A stretch of DNA of 20,354 nucleotides from Ginkgo biloba (lineage: Eukaryota > Plantae > Ginkgophyta), in contig JANKJI020000002.1 in NCBI GenBank assembly GCA_024626585.2, positions 115,060,842 to 115,081,195 on the forward strand, written 5' to 3'. The notes under the pieces are model-generated. The model saw only the letters and a program-made list of their open reading frames with translations, was not told the DNA's origin and searched no databases. The stretch's first letter is position 1, and every line of letters starts with the position of its first letter. The position numbers and the translations under genes were made by a program. Shown here one piece after another: positions 1 through 9,958 of this stretch.

Positions 1-149
1 ATATCTTCCTCATCTATTGGGACTAAAAGAAGAACTTAGTAGCCAATCTTTGGCAAAACACTATACATAAACCACTTGCTTTTTTTATATGTCTCAACAT
101 AGGATTTACATTTCTCTCTATCCATTTTCCAATTATGGATTTGAGTGGT

Positions 150-1550
150 AATTTGGGTACTAAGATATTGCCTCATTTTAATAAGCACATTAGGGCCAAT
201 TTATTATCTTATTGGAACTTTAAAATATATAAGGAATCTTACAATCAAATCTTCAAAATCTAAGATTGAATAACTAGATATATTAATGAACTAGCTAGCT
301 AATGGCACAACTAAAAATATAATTAAATTAACAAGTTGTTATATGCATTTTTCATTGACCAAATGTAGTAGGCCAAGACATGATTGGAAAGATTCCTACC
401 TAGTTGTACATGAAACTTAGGCATATTTGAAGGGGTATTGGTTGGAAAGGGAGACCATATAACATTATGTTAAATTGGGTCATTTAATAATAATTTCACA
501 TCATATGATCCTAAGTTTTCAAAGAATGGGATACATGTGGATCTTGATGGACTTGATGTTGTAGAAGGTGTTTGTGATGACCCTAATCCTAAATGGGTTA
601 CCAGTACTTTCTTATGATATGGGAACTTTTGAGGAAGTTCAATTGGAATCAAAGGTATACCTTTTATTTGATCTTATAAGGTCTAGTTGAATAAGATCTT
701 GTAATCCATTTGAAGGTGTTATTATTTGGGAATATTTCTCTTGATCTTAATATATGGTTACAAACATGTTTAGACCTTAATATTCCAAAGATTTATAGCA
801 AAATCTTAGTGAGTGGTGGTTTGATGTGAAAGGAAATATAGGTCCTTAATGTTCTCCTTAATCATACAAGATTGTATTAAGTTTTCCAAAGCGTAGGTTG
901 ACAATGGGAGATTTGTGAAAACTTATGGTTGAAAAAGGAAACAATATACACATGATAAGCTAGGTTCTTAGTCACTAATGATAAATGGTTAGCTTATTTA
1001 AGTCCCAAAGCATGAGTTCTTAGGTTCCCAAATAAGTTTAAATTGATAAATGATAGTGTAAGGTATTGTTGACGTGAATGATCTTAAATTGAACTTATAA
1101 GTCCAATATTGTGAATTTAATTTTAATAGTATGGTTTTAGTATCAAAAGGGTACGCATTTGACAAATAAAAATCTTTCATGCATCTAAAGAAGATTATTA
1201 GTCATGACCCCTAGTTATTCTTAATGGAAAATCTTAGGACACAAGTATCTTTAGTGATGAAATATAAAGGCTTGTATGGGATCATAACTCAACTTGATGG
1301 ATAAAATCAAGTGGGAAGGTTATATTAAGAATTTGGCTTAACTATAGCGTAAGATGTGTAGAATTCTAGGCTACCTCAACATGCGTTGACAATTATGTGG
1401 ATCCACTTAGAATTACTCAGATGTCTCTTGAGAAATCTTATACCTAACATAAGGGACCTCCTCCTTACCAGCACAAATCAATCATTTATATCTAAGGACT
1501 AATTACCCTAAGATGACCTATGTTTTGAGTAGTTTTAATTGATAAGATTA
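150..1550 (+). mobile_element. Highly degenerate Ty3/gypsy LTR-retrotransposon pol remnant (RT C-terminus to integrase N-terminus)
   Basis: 208-240 translates LIGTLKYIRNL, resembling the gypsy RT-thumb FLGLxxYYRRFI. About 1395-1525 gives YVDPLRITQMSLEKSY...KMTYV, resembling integrase LxPLxIPxxPWExIS...KMAHF. The motifs are in the expected order; many stops and frameshifts. Boundaries approximate. Confidence 0.45.
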
Positions 1551-1654
1551 ATTNNNNNNNNNNNNNNNNNNNNNNNNNNNNNNNNNNNNNNNNNNNNNNN
1601 NNNNNNNNNNNNNNNNNNNNNNNNNNNNNNNNNNNNNNNNNNNNNNNNNNNNNC

Positions 1655-2119
1655 TGCACCATCAGATGCTAGACCTTTTTGCCTTTACTGCTGGGATTTG
1701 CTTGGGGGGAGAAAGGTTCCAGGAACTCAGGAGTTGTCTTTCCTAGGAGGGGAGGTGAGACTTAGAAAAGTCCACCAGCTTCCAGTTTTCTACAATCAGG
1801 TTCTTCAAAGAAGCATAAAACGACACCACATCTTTCTTACACTCTTTGAAAATTCTGTTATTTCTTTCCTTCCAAATTTGCCATACAAAGTGATGGAGAC
1901 TCAGAATCTAGAGGAAGGATAAAAAATTCGAAGAAAAGGGGGATGACCACTAACAAAGAGCATTCGAAAGGCTTGCTGGCATCACCCAAGCTACTTCAAA
2001 AGAGGAAAGTAAACGATCTAAGACAGATCTAGAGAAGGAGCAACTAATGAAAAGATGGTCTACCATTTCAAGATCCGCTTCACAAAGCACACACCTATTA
2101 ACCAAGGCAAAACCTCTTT
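1655..2119 (-). mobile_element. L1-clade LINE ORF2 C-terminal fragment (zf-RVT zinc finger and WKERN motif), pseudogenised
   Basis: Minus-strand translation: GFALVNRCVLCEADLEMVDHLFISCSFSRSV (C-x2-C-x8-H-x4-C), then HHFVWQIWKERNNRIF. Both are hallmark motifs of plant LINE ORF2. In-frame TAG stops; both ends run into masked blocks. Confidence 0.88.
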
Positions 2120-2164
2120 NNNNNNNNNNNNNNNNNNNNNNNNNNNNNNNNNNNNNNNNNNNNN

Positions 2165-2988
2165 CAATTTCAACACCTTATGTTTTCACATTATCTTTTT
2201 TCATGTTTGGATTCATTTTGGTTTTCCTCTTCCATTATTTATGATAGAGATGGTAGATTTCTGAGTCACTTTTGGATACACCTATAGGGGATGATGGATA
2301 GGAAGTTAAAGAGGTCAACTTCTTTTCATCCTCAAATAGATGGGTAGACAGAGGGTATGAACAAGACTTTGATGCATGCATTAAAGATTTATAATTTCGG
2401 TTCTATCACATAGATTCATCCTAGTTATAATCAAGCTCTTCATCGTTCTCTTGTGATTTTTCCCTTTGAGGATTATTTAGGAATTCTTCTTAAGTCGCCT
2501 CTTGATTTGCAGTTTTCAACATTACCATCCAATTCCTTTTCTTCTAAGCAATAAGCTCATGGATAGACTACACATTTGATGGAGCATATTTAGAGGGTTC
2601 CTAAGCAAGTTCAGGGGGCTTTGGTGAAAGCTCAAAGCAGGTATAAGAAGGCAAATGATAGTCACTAAGTAGATCATTTATTCCAGGTGGGGGATAGAGT
2701 ATGGATTTATCTTCTAAAAGAGGGATTCAAGGATAAGGAGTGGAAGATCAAGCCTTTTTCATATGGCCCTCACAACATTATTAAGCATAATGGAGAGAAT
2801 GCATTTCACTTAGACTTGCCACCTTACATAGGACTTCATATATGTTTAATGTGGACAAGTTAACACTTTAAGAGCCACCATTATTGGAGGAGTTAGCTTT
2901 AGATTTTTCATGCTCATCCATAGGGGCTACATACAAATTTTGTAGATCCTCTTTAGGAGGATAAGGCCTTTTACCATCAAGTGAAGAA
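2165..2988 (+). mobile_element. Ty3/gypsy integrase core and C-terminal (GPY/F) remnant
   Basis: HVWIHFGFP, then from 2243 [41 protein letters not shown] (rve core, cf. SDRD...STxxHPQTDGQTE). From 2681 FQVGDRVWIYL...KIKPFSYGPHNIIKHNGENAFHLDLPPYIGLH...FNVDKL. Stops and frameshifts present. Confidence 0.92.
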
Positions 2989-5900
2989 NNNNNNNNNNNN
3001 NNNNNNNNNNNNNNNNNNNNNNNNNNNNNNNNNNNNNNNNNNNNNNNNNNNNNNNNNNNNNNNNNNNNNNNNNNNNNNNNNNNNNNNNNNNNNNNNNNNN
3101 NNNNNNNNNNNNNNNNNNNNNNNNNNNNNNNNNNNNNNNNNNNNNNNNNNNNNNNNNNNNNNNNNNNNNNNNNNNNNNNNNNNNNNNNNNNNNNNNNNNN
3201 NNNNNNNNNNNNNNNNNNNNNNNNNNNNNNNNNNNNNNNNNNNNNNNNNNNNNNNNNNNNNNNNNNNNNNNNNNNNNNNNNNNNNNNNNNNNNNNNNNNN
3301 NNNNNNNNNNNNNNNNNNNNNNNNNNNNNNNNNNNNNNNNNNNNNNNNNNNNNNNNNNNNNNNNNNNNNNNNNNNNNNNNNNNNNNNNNNNNNNNNNNNN
3401 NNNNNNNNNNNNNNNNNNNNNNNNNNNNNNNNNNNCAATGATCCAAAAACTCTACATCTTCATCTCTCTTCTACATACTTGCCTCCCTAATACTCCAGTA
3501 TTTATAAACACACCAATACAAGAAATTGCCAAGTGGCAATACAAAACTATGGGTACAAAACCATGGGCCCCTATAACTGCCTAAAAAAATTTCTTAGACC
3601 CCCTATTATTTTTGGGTGTATAGTCTGTAGGGGTGTAACATCTATTATTTGTGTAAAACATGCAAAGTATACAAAACATATCTAATAGTTTGCACATAAA
3701 TAGGGTTCTATTAGGTTACTATTTCATATTACACATAAATTTTGCACATGTGTGAGATTTATTTTAAATTTCATATTAGGAGAAAAATATACATCGTAGT
3801 ATAAATCCTTAGTCATTATTTAAGAATTAGCATAATGTAGTCAGGAAAAAAATGGGTTGCACAGTAGGACACCATTCATTTTTTCCTAGAGAACCAAAAG
3901 ATAATTTTTGGCCCTAGAATTAGTTTCAAATGTGGACAGTGGGGTTTGGTCCATATAGAGGGGTTGATTGTGTAATATTATCAGACATCATAGTAGCGAA
4001 AGAGTTAACTATTCCTTGGTTTTCATTGAGACACTTTTGTAGATGAGGTTTATCCTTTTAGTCCTTTGCTAAGGATTCATCATTTAATCACATATGAAAG
4101 AGAAAATACAAGTTTATATTCAAAAGATATGCAATAATGCATGCATTGTACTCTTTTATATACCTGAGTATTATATGTAGTTATTTCTAGAAGCAACTAC
4201 CTACATGCATCACACATGTAAGGGCACTTGTGCTCATAAAATTAATAAACATTAAGCATGTACCACCTCTTTATTATGCATATATACTTATAACACCTGT
4301 TATCAAAATTGTATCCTTCTTACCTAACTCATTAATGGCACTTAATTAGTACTCGGATCCATATTATATCAGGTTATTGCATAACAACATACTAACAGTT
4401 AAATTAGAATATGGGCACATGATATTCTACTTCCTCATACCTACTCGTGAAAGTCACCAACCATGGGCTCGAGAATATCCTTTTCAGAAACCTCTAAGCA
4501 ATTTTGTTATCTCTAGATTTATATTCTTCTCTCGTTTTCAATGGTAGAGTAGATATCAAAACTTTCATTCTCCAATTACAAGCCCACTAAAACATAAGAT
4601 AGTCTCCCCTCTAATAGAATAAAACACCAGATAATTTTATATGCTATATGCTAATTTGTAATGGTAACTAAATTTTATTTAAAAAACCTTAGTTTAGATT
4701 AGATCTACACATTCTTTGATTCAATCCATGTCGATTATTTATTTGTACAAAATCTTCAACATCATAATAGAGACCCTTTTAAGCAAGAAAACCTTTGTTG
4801 TAACTTCAAAAACTTGTAACCATTTGTTTGGAATGAGAAGAAAAGCAAAGAAAATAGTGTAATCACCTTAGCTTGAAGTTGTCTCCTACCATTTATCTTA
4901 TAGATCTCTCTTCACCTTGATTGATGAAAACCCAACATAGCCCTCCCATCTAAGCCATAAATATTATCCTCTAAAAATAGAGAAAAGAACTACCAAGTCT
5001 TCTTATATTAAGATTCTATTTTTCCAAATAGGCTTAACATATTTCCTATTAGGTTTGAACTTATCATATGTTGATGATTCACTACAATTTATCACTTGAA
5101 CTATCCTTTGGGACATTCAATTTTTGNNNNNNNNNNNNNNNNNNNAATGCTTTCAAGAGTTATTTTTTCTTCACCATCTCCTAAATTTCGTTTTATGTTC
5201 TTCATTCTTTTTTGCATCATCAAGGTGGTGTAGCTTCAGTATATATGCATTTAGGGTTAGCCAAACTTAGTCGTAATTTCAAAATGCATGGAGATATTTA
5301 GGGTGGGTGTTTTATGTGATAGAAAGCATTACAGATAAGAAATCATCCCACATAAAAACCAAGCGCTTCCATCAATTTATGCTAAGGGTGTGACCATGCT
5401 TCATCTTCAAATTTTAGGAGCACAAGCCCCTTTTATGACTACATGTTGGATGCCTAAGCTTTATGGCATATCCTTCTTTCTAATTTTTTAAGTTGGAATT
5501 TAGGGTTCCTCATATAATGGTCTCTTATAAGGAAACACTTAGAAGCTTTTAAAATTCTAAACTTCTAGGAGACAACTCTTAGCCTCCTGACAATAACATA
5601 ATTAACACCGTGGTTTTATTAGGCTTCACATCAAGGTTGAATTTTCAATTATGAAATATAATTTTTTCCATAGATATGGGGCAACCGTATCTATAAGAAC
5701 CATTTCTTAATCCATAATGGAAAAGATCACTAGTAAAACTCTCTTTATACATAGTTTTTTAAAATTTTCTAGGGATTTGGAAACTTAACATAATCTTTGA
5801 ATTATATTAAGACAATGCACGCATAATTAGTAAGAGGTTGAGAAAACTCGAGCATCCCACTCAACATGATGTGACCATGAGATAAGTTGTTATTTTTTGG

Positions 5901-7284
5901 GTTGTTGCTATTATTGTGAGTTTGGTTTNNNNNNNNNNNNNNNNNNNNNNNNNNNNNNNNNNNNNNNNNNNNNNNNNNNNNNNNNNNNNNNNNNNNNNNN
6001 NNNNNNNNNNNNNNNNNNNNNNNNNNNNNNNNNNNNNNNNNNNNNNNNNNNNNNNNNNNNNNNNNNNNNNNNNNNNNNNNNNNNNNNNNNNNNNNNNNNN
6101 NNNNNNNNNNNNNNNNNNNNNNNNNNNNNNNNNNNNNNNNNNNNNNNNNNNNNNNNNNNNNNNNNNNNNNNNNNNNNNNNNNNNNNNNNNNNNNNNNNNN
6201 NNNNNNNNNNNNNNNNNNNNNNNNNNNNNNNNNNNNNNNNNNNNNNNNNNNNNNNNNNNNNNNNNNNNNNNNNNNNNNNNNNNNNNNNNNNNNNNNNNNN
6301 NNNNNNNNNNNNNNNNNNNNNNNNNNNNNNNNNNNNNNNNNNNNNNNNNNNNNNNNNNNNNNNNNNNNNNNNNNNNNNNNNNNNNNNNNNNNNNNNNNNN
6401 NNNNNNNNNNNNNNNNNNNNNNNNNNNNNNNNNNNNNNNNNNNNNNNNNNNNNNNNNNNNNNNNNNNNNNNNNNNNNNNNNNNNNNNNNNNNNNNNNNNN
6501 NNNNNNNNNNNNNNNNNNNNNNNNNNNNNNNNNNNNNNNNNNNNNNNNNNNNNNNNNNNNNNNNNNNNNNNNNNNNNNNNNNNNNNNNNNNNNNNNNAGG
6601 AGTTAGATGTGATCTCCTAGTATAAGAATATGCTAATTTTCCAAAATATCAGTTATAATTTCCTTTAAAACTTTTTCGATAAGTTATGAAAAAATTTTGT
6701 CCGACAGTTATCCGATTCCAACCATGGTCAAAATCTGATAATTATTTGAAAAATAATCTCATTTTTCTCAACAAAGATGCATCAAAATTAAAATTTAGAC
6801 TTATGATTTTGAAATGATTTATTACAAAATATACATTTGTACTTTATATAAGAAATGAGTTATTTCTTCATCAATAGTTAATATTGCTTTGAAATAATCT
6901 TGATCTTATAATTCTTACCAAACCTTCCTACTCAAACTAAATGTATACTTTATAAGAGAATATTCCTTTATTATTTTTACTTATCTTTATATTACATAAT
7001 TAATTTTCCAAATATTAGACCATTCCTTTCTCTTTATTAAGTGGTATAACATGATTTGTTAGGCATTGAGTCTTTATAAAGGTTGACCACAAATTCAAAT
7101 TCCTAAAAATATTTATAATATGTCTATATGAAAGGACCATATGTAGCTACCCCTATGTGGGTATTAAGATGTTAATGCCTTATTGATTTTACATCTTGGT
7201 TACCTTTACGATAATCGTATGCTTCGAGTTATAAATGAAAGCTATGCATATGCCAATTGATTCTAGATAAAGTAAATTAGTACA

Positions 7285-7560
7285 AGGTGTCATCGGGCAG
7301 CGATTAGCCGTTGGCCGCGAAAGTGGGAAGTGGCTGCTCTAACTACCACGGCTGCCCAACCCACCCAATTTGCCCGCGGGCAGACTTCGTACAGCCAAGG
7401 TGCCGTAATCGTCGAGCAAGTTAGCAAGCAGTTTATGATCCGTAATGGCGAGCGAACAGCCCTGGCTACAAGACTAGGCCGCTGCGAAGGAGAAATCATC
7501 GGCGTTTGGATCGCACTTCGAAGCCGTTGGAGTAATCAATGCCTCATGGGAGGTCCGGAG
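7285..7560 (+). promoter_or_regulatory. GC/CpG-rich proximal promoter or 5' region of the acidic-protein gene, with MSA-like and E2F-like motifs
   Basis: Abrupt shift from AT-rich, CpG-poor DNA to CpG-rich DNA near 7290. AGCCGTTGG at 7306-7314 and 7522-7530 (reverse complement CCAACGGCT, MSA core AACGG). CCGCGAAA at 7315-7322 (TTTCGCGG on the minus strand) and TTTGCCCG at 7369-7376 fit plant E2F WTTSSCSS. CCAAT at 7365-7369. TSS not determinable. Confidence 0.5.
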
Positions 7561-7642
7561 TTCAGTTCTCCTTTGATTTCGGTGAATTTTGAGCCCATTT
7601 TGGCTCTGTGAGTCGCGGGATCGAGTGCCACGAGACGCCAAG

Positions 7643-7760
7643 GTAAGGTCTTTTGCAGTTCCCTTTCTTTGGGCCAAAAAAAAGCACTGCCTTCTATGAT
7701 TTTGCAGTTGAAGTGAATTGTGTGTTTTCTGAAGAGTAGGTGGTGGAAAATTTCTTGCAG
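7643..7760 (+). other. Leader (5' UTR) intron of the acidic-protein gene
   Basis: Consensus donor AAG|GTAAGG at 7642/7643 and acceptor TTTCTTGCAG| at 7760; 118 nt, T-rich. Confidence 0.7.
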
Positions 7761-7767
7761 AGACGCC

Positions 7768-7926
7768 ATGGCGTCTGAATTAGGTCCCTAGCAGTTGTAT
7801 TTTTGCTACGAAATTTTGAGTTCCCTTGTTGTCGAGACGACAAAGGTTTTGCTCTTGGGAGAGCTCTTGATTTGCCACTGCAGAAGAGAGAGTTTGCAAC
7901 TTGGGAATCTCAGCGTCCATGAAGAG
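7768..7926 (+). CDS. Putative first coding exon (MASELGP*QLYFCYEILSSLVVETTKVLLLGELLICHCRRESLQLGNLSVHEE) with an in-frame TAG at 7789-7791; alternatively a 7-aa uORF within the 5' UTR
   Basis: GCC-ATG-GCG strong start context 7 nt after the acceptor. The frame is open after the TAG up to donor GAG|GTAACA (7926/7927), phase 0, matching the downstream exons. Confidence 0.45.
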
Positions 7927-9564
7927 GTAACAAACTTATATGCGTACCCTACTTGGTTACTGGGGTTTTAAAACAGAATTTAAGGCTTTTGCTAGTTTGA
8001 ATGCTTTGTCACTTGGGCTTTTGCGCAAAAGTTTAAACCACAGGTTATGGGTGGTTTACTACTTAGGTGTACGTGTAGCTCTGTCACAGTTGATGGAAAT
8101 GGGAAGCTTTTGTTTTCTCGTTTTTGGACTGTTAAAATGTATTTAAAGGGTATTTTGACAATGTCCTAAGGACTTTACATTACTTTGGGGTATATAGTAT
8201 CATTTTTTTGCTTTTTGTTCATGGCCACATAAATCTTCACAATTTTTTTCATATTGTTCTTAAGAATTTAGCTTGCGCTGGGTGATATAATATTTTTCCT
8301 TCATTTTGGTTTTTTTCCTTCCCTCACCCCCTCCCCAAGGTGGAAGGCATATTTGGAACGTTTTTAATTTTCCTTGAGCTTGAAGATGTTGATCGTGGTT
8401 GATTAGAAGGGTACTCAATACTCGTCCTATTATCCCCAAATATGCTCAGCCTGATGTGTCTATGGTGGATATGAGTAGTACTTCTTTACTTGTCGTAATT
8501 TGATGCCTTGCTAGCGGTATTATTGAAATTACATTCCCCCACAGGTCAAGTAGCTTCTAAGGTCAGTATATGCCTAGATAAAATTTGAAGCCTTCTTGAT
8601 TTTTATTTACCCCTCGATGTCAATATCAGAAGTAAAGGAAATTGTATTTGATTCATAAAGCCTACGTATATATCTGGGCTTTAGCTTAGATCTTTGAAGT
8701 TTGTCTTTTCAAAGTTCTGAATATTGTAGATTTGTAGATTAACAACACATAAGCATACCCGTTCCACATTTGGGCTGGGTGTTGAATTTAATTTTTTCTA
8801 TATTATACAAAGAGTCTCATTGTAGACCTTGTTTTTTCGGTCTCGGCTTGCATCTTATAATTTGTTGTACTTTGGTCTCAGGCCATTTTAATTTTCAAGG
8901 ATGTTACAAGTGATTCGTTTTCTTTTTTAGCCAGTGGATACTCAAACTGGCTAAGGGAACCCAATTTGGGTTTTTGGGTTTGTGTTTGGATCAAAACCAT
9001 TGTTATAGACTTGAAACTTATGGGATAAAAAAAAATTGCCACACCTGCACCAGTACCCTTACCTGCACCCCTGAATCCTGGTAACCTTGCATGAACCCTA
9101 GGTATTAGGTGGACTTTGTTTTCCCTAGACTTCAACAGGGCAAAATCATATCTTAGTAAAAAACGATTTTTACCAGGCTAATATTATTGTCACTGGAGTG
9201 GCATTGATCATGTATTTTTCACCACCCACTCTTCATTGAAATATTTATAATTTTATATTCTCGACTTATCTCAAATTTCTTTGTTAATCTTCTCTCTTTT
9301 CGTCCTTTTATTTATTTATGATCACATTCTTAAGATTTTACACTTTTTTGCAATTATAGGCAAGGACTAGACACCCTTTGGCAATTATCTGGTTGGAGGA
9401 AAGGATATTCTTGTTATTTTCCAAATAAAGAGTAGATCTGGAATCTCTGCAAATTTTTTCATTAATTTGAAAGCCTTCTTTGTGAAAACTTCCCCTCTTG
9501 ATGTATTGTTCGCCTCACTGTGTTTGTCTTTGCTAAATTGGTCTGACACATGAGCTTCCTGCAG

Positions 9565-9623
9565 GTTACTACTAAATCTACAGAAATAGATATCCTTTCG
9601 AGAAGGTTCTCTAGGAGACACAG
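9565..9623 (+). CDS. Internal exon, 59 nt (VTTKSTEIDILSRRFSRRH-R)
   Basis: Branch-like CTGAC at 9543-9547, acceptor CTTCCTGCAG|, donor CAG|GTGAGC. Open in phase 0; 59+34 nt with the next exon is 93 nt, which preserves frame. Confidence 0.55.
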
Positions 9624-9769
9624 GTGAGCCATTGTATTTTTAGCTGTTTATCTTCAATCTGACAAGGAACCCCACATGCAAGCAGAGATTGTTTGAATAA
9701 GCTACCACAGATTCATTGTTATCAGACAGTCTTGCAATTCTGATTAATTTGGTAATTTTGCTTGCACAG

Positions 9770-9803
9770 ATTTGAGGTCCTTAAAATTTCACCCATGGTA
9801 CAG
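9770..9803 (+). CDS. Internal exon, 34 nt (FEVLKISPMVQ), containing an in-frame AUG at 9795
   Basis: Acceptor TTTTGCTTGCACAG|, donor CAG|GTTAGT. Ends in phase 0, in frame with the terminal exon; CCC-ATG-G context at 9795. Confidence 0.62.
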
Positions 9804-9958
9804 GTTAGTTAAAAGTCACTTTAAATAATGGCTGGGACAGTTCTTCAAGGGATTGCTATTAGAAATGGTTTTTGTTCTTTTGTTCTTTTGACAACATCAA
9901 ACTGTGAAAGGGTAGAGAAATTGCTAACAAATTGCTTTTTGTTGCATGCGTGGCACAG

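Noticed and set aside
4400-5500. Possible minus-strand LINE traces (AWFLCGDDF, NWRMKVL)
   Set aside because: Too degenerate to support a call without a profile search.
2868-6625. Long ORFs made mostly of X residues (also others across the window)
   Set aside because: Artefacts of translating through N-masked blocks.
7290-7769. Several 67-93 aa ORFs on both strands
   Set aside because: Expected in a GC-rich promoter/leader; no recognisable motifs.
7768-7850. Selenocysteine or pyrrolysine recoding, or organellar-type U-to-C editing, of the in-frame stop
   Set aside because: The codon is UAG, not UGA; land plants lack Sec machinery and Pyl is prokaryotic. The locus is nuclear (spliceosomal introns), whereas U-to-C editing is known from organelles.
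8950-9110. ACCTGCACC short repeats, possibly a MITE relic in the intron
   Set aside because: No terminal inverted repeats or TSD could be identified.
9360-9430. Possible extra exon after TTATAG at 9359
   Set aside because: No convincing donor, and the combinations tested introduce stops.
9932-9958. N-terminus MLFVACVAQ of the 152-aa ORF in the track
   Set aside because: Starts at TTG inside the branch-point and pyrimidine region of an intron; the exon begins at 9959.
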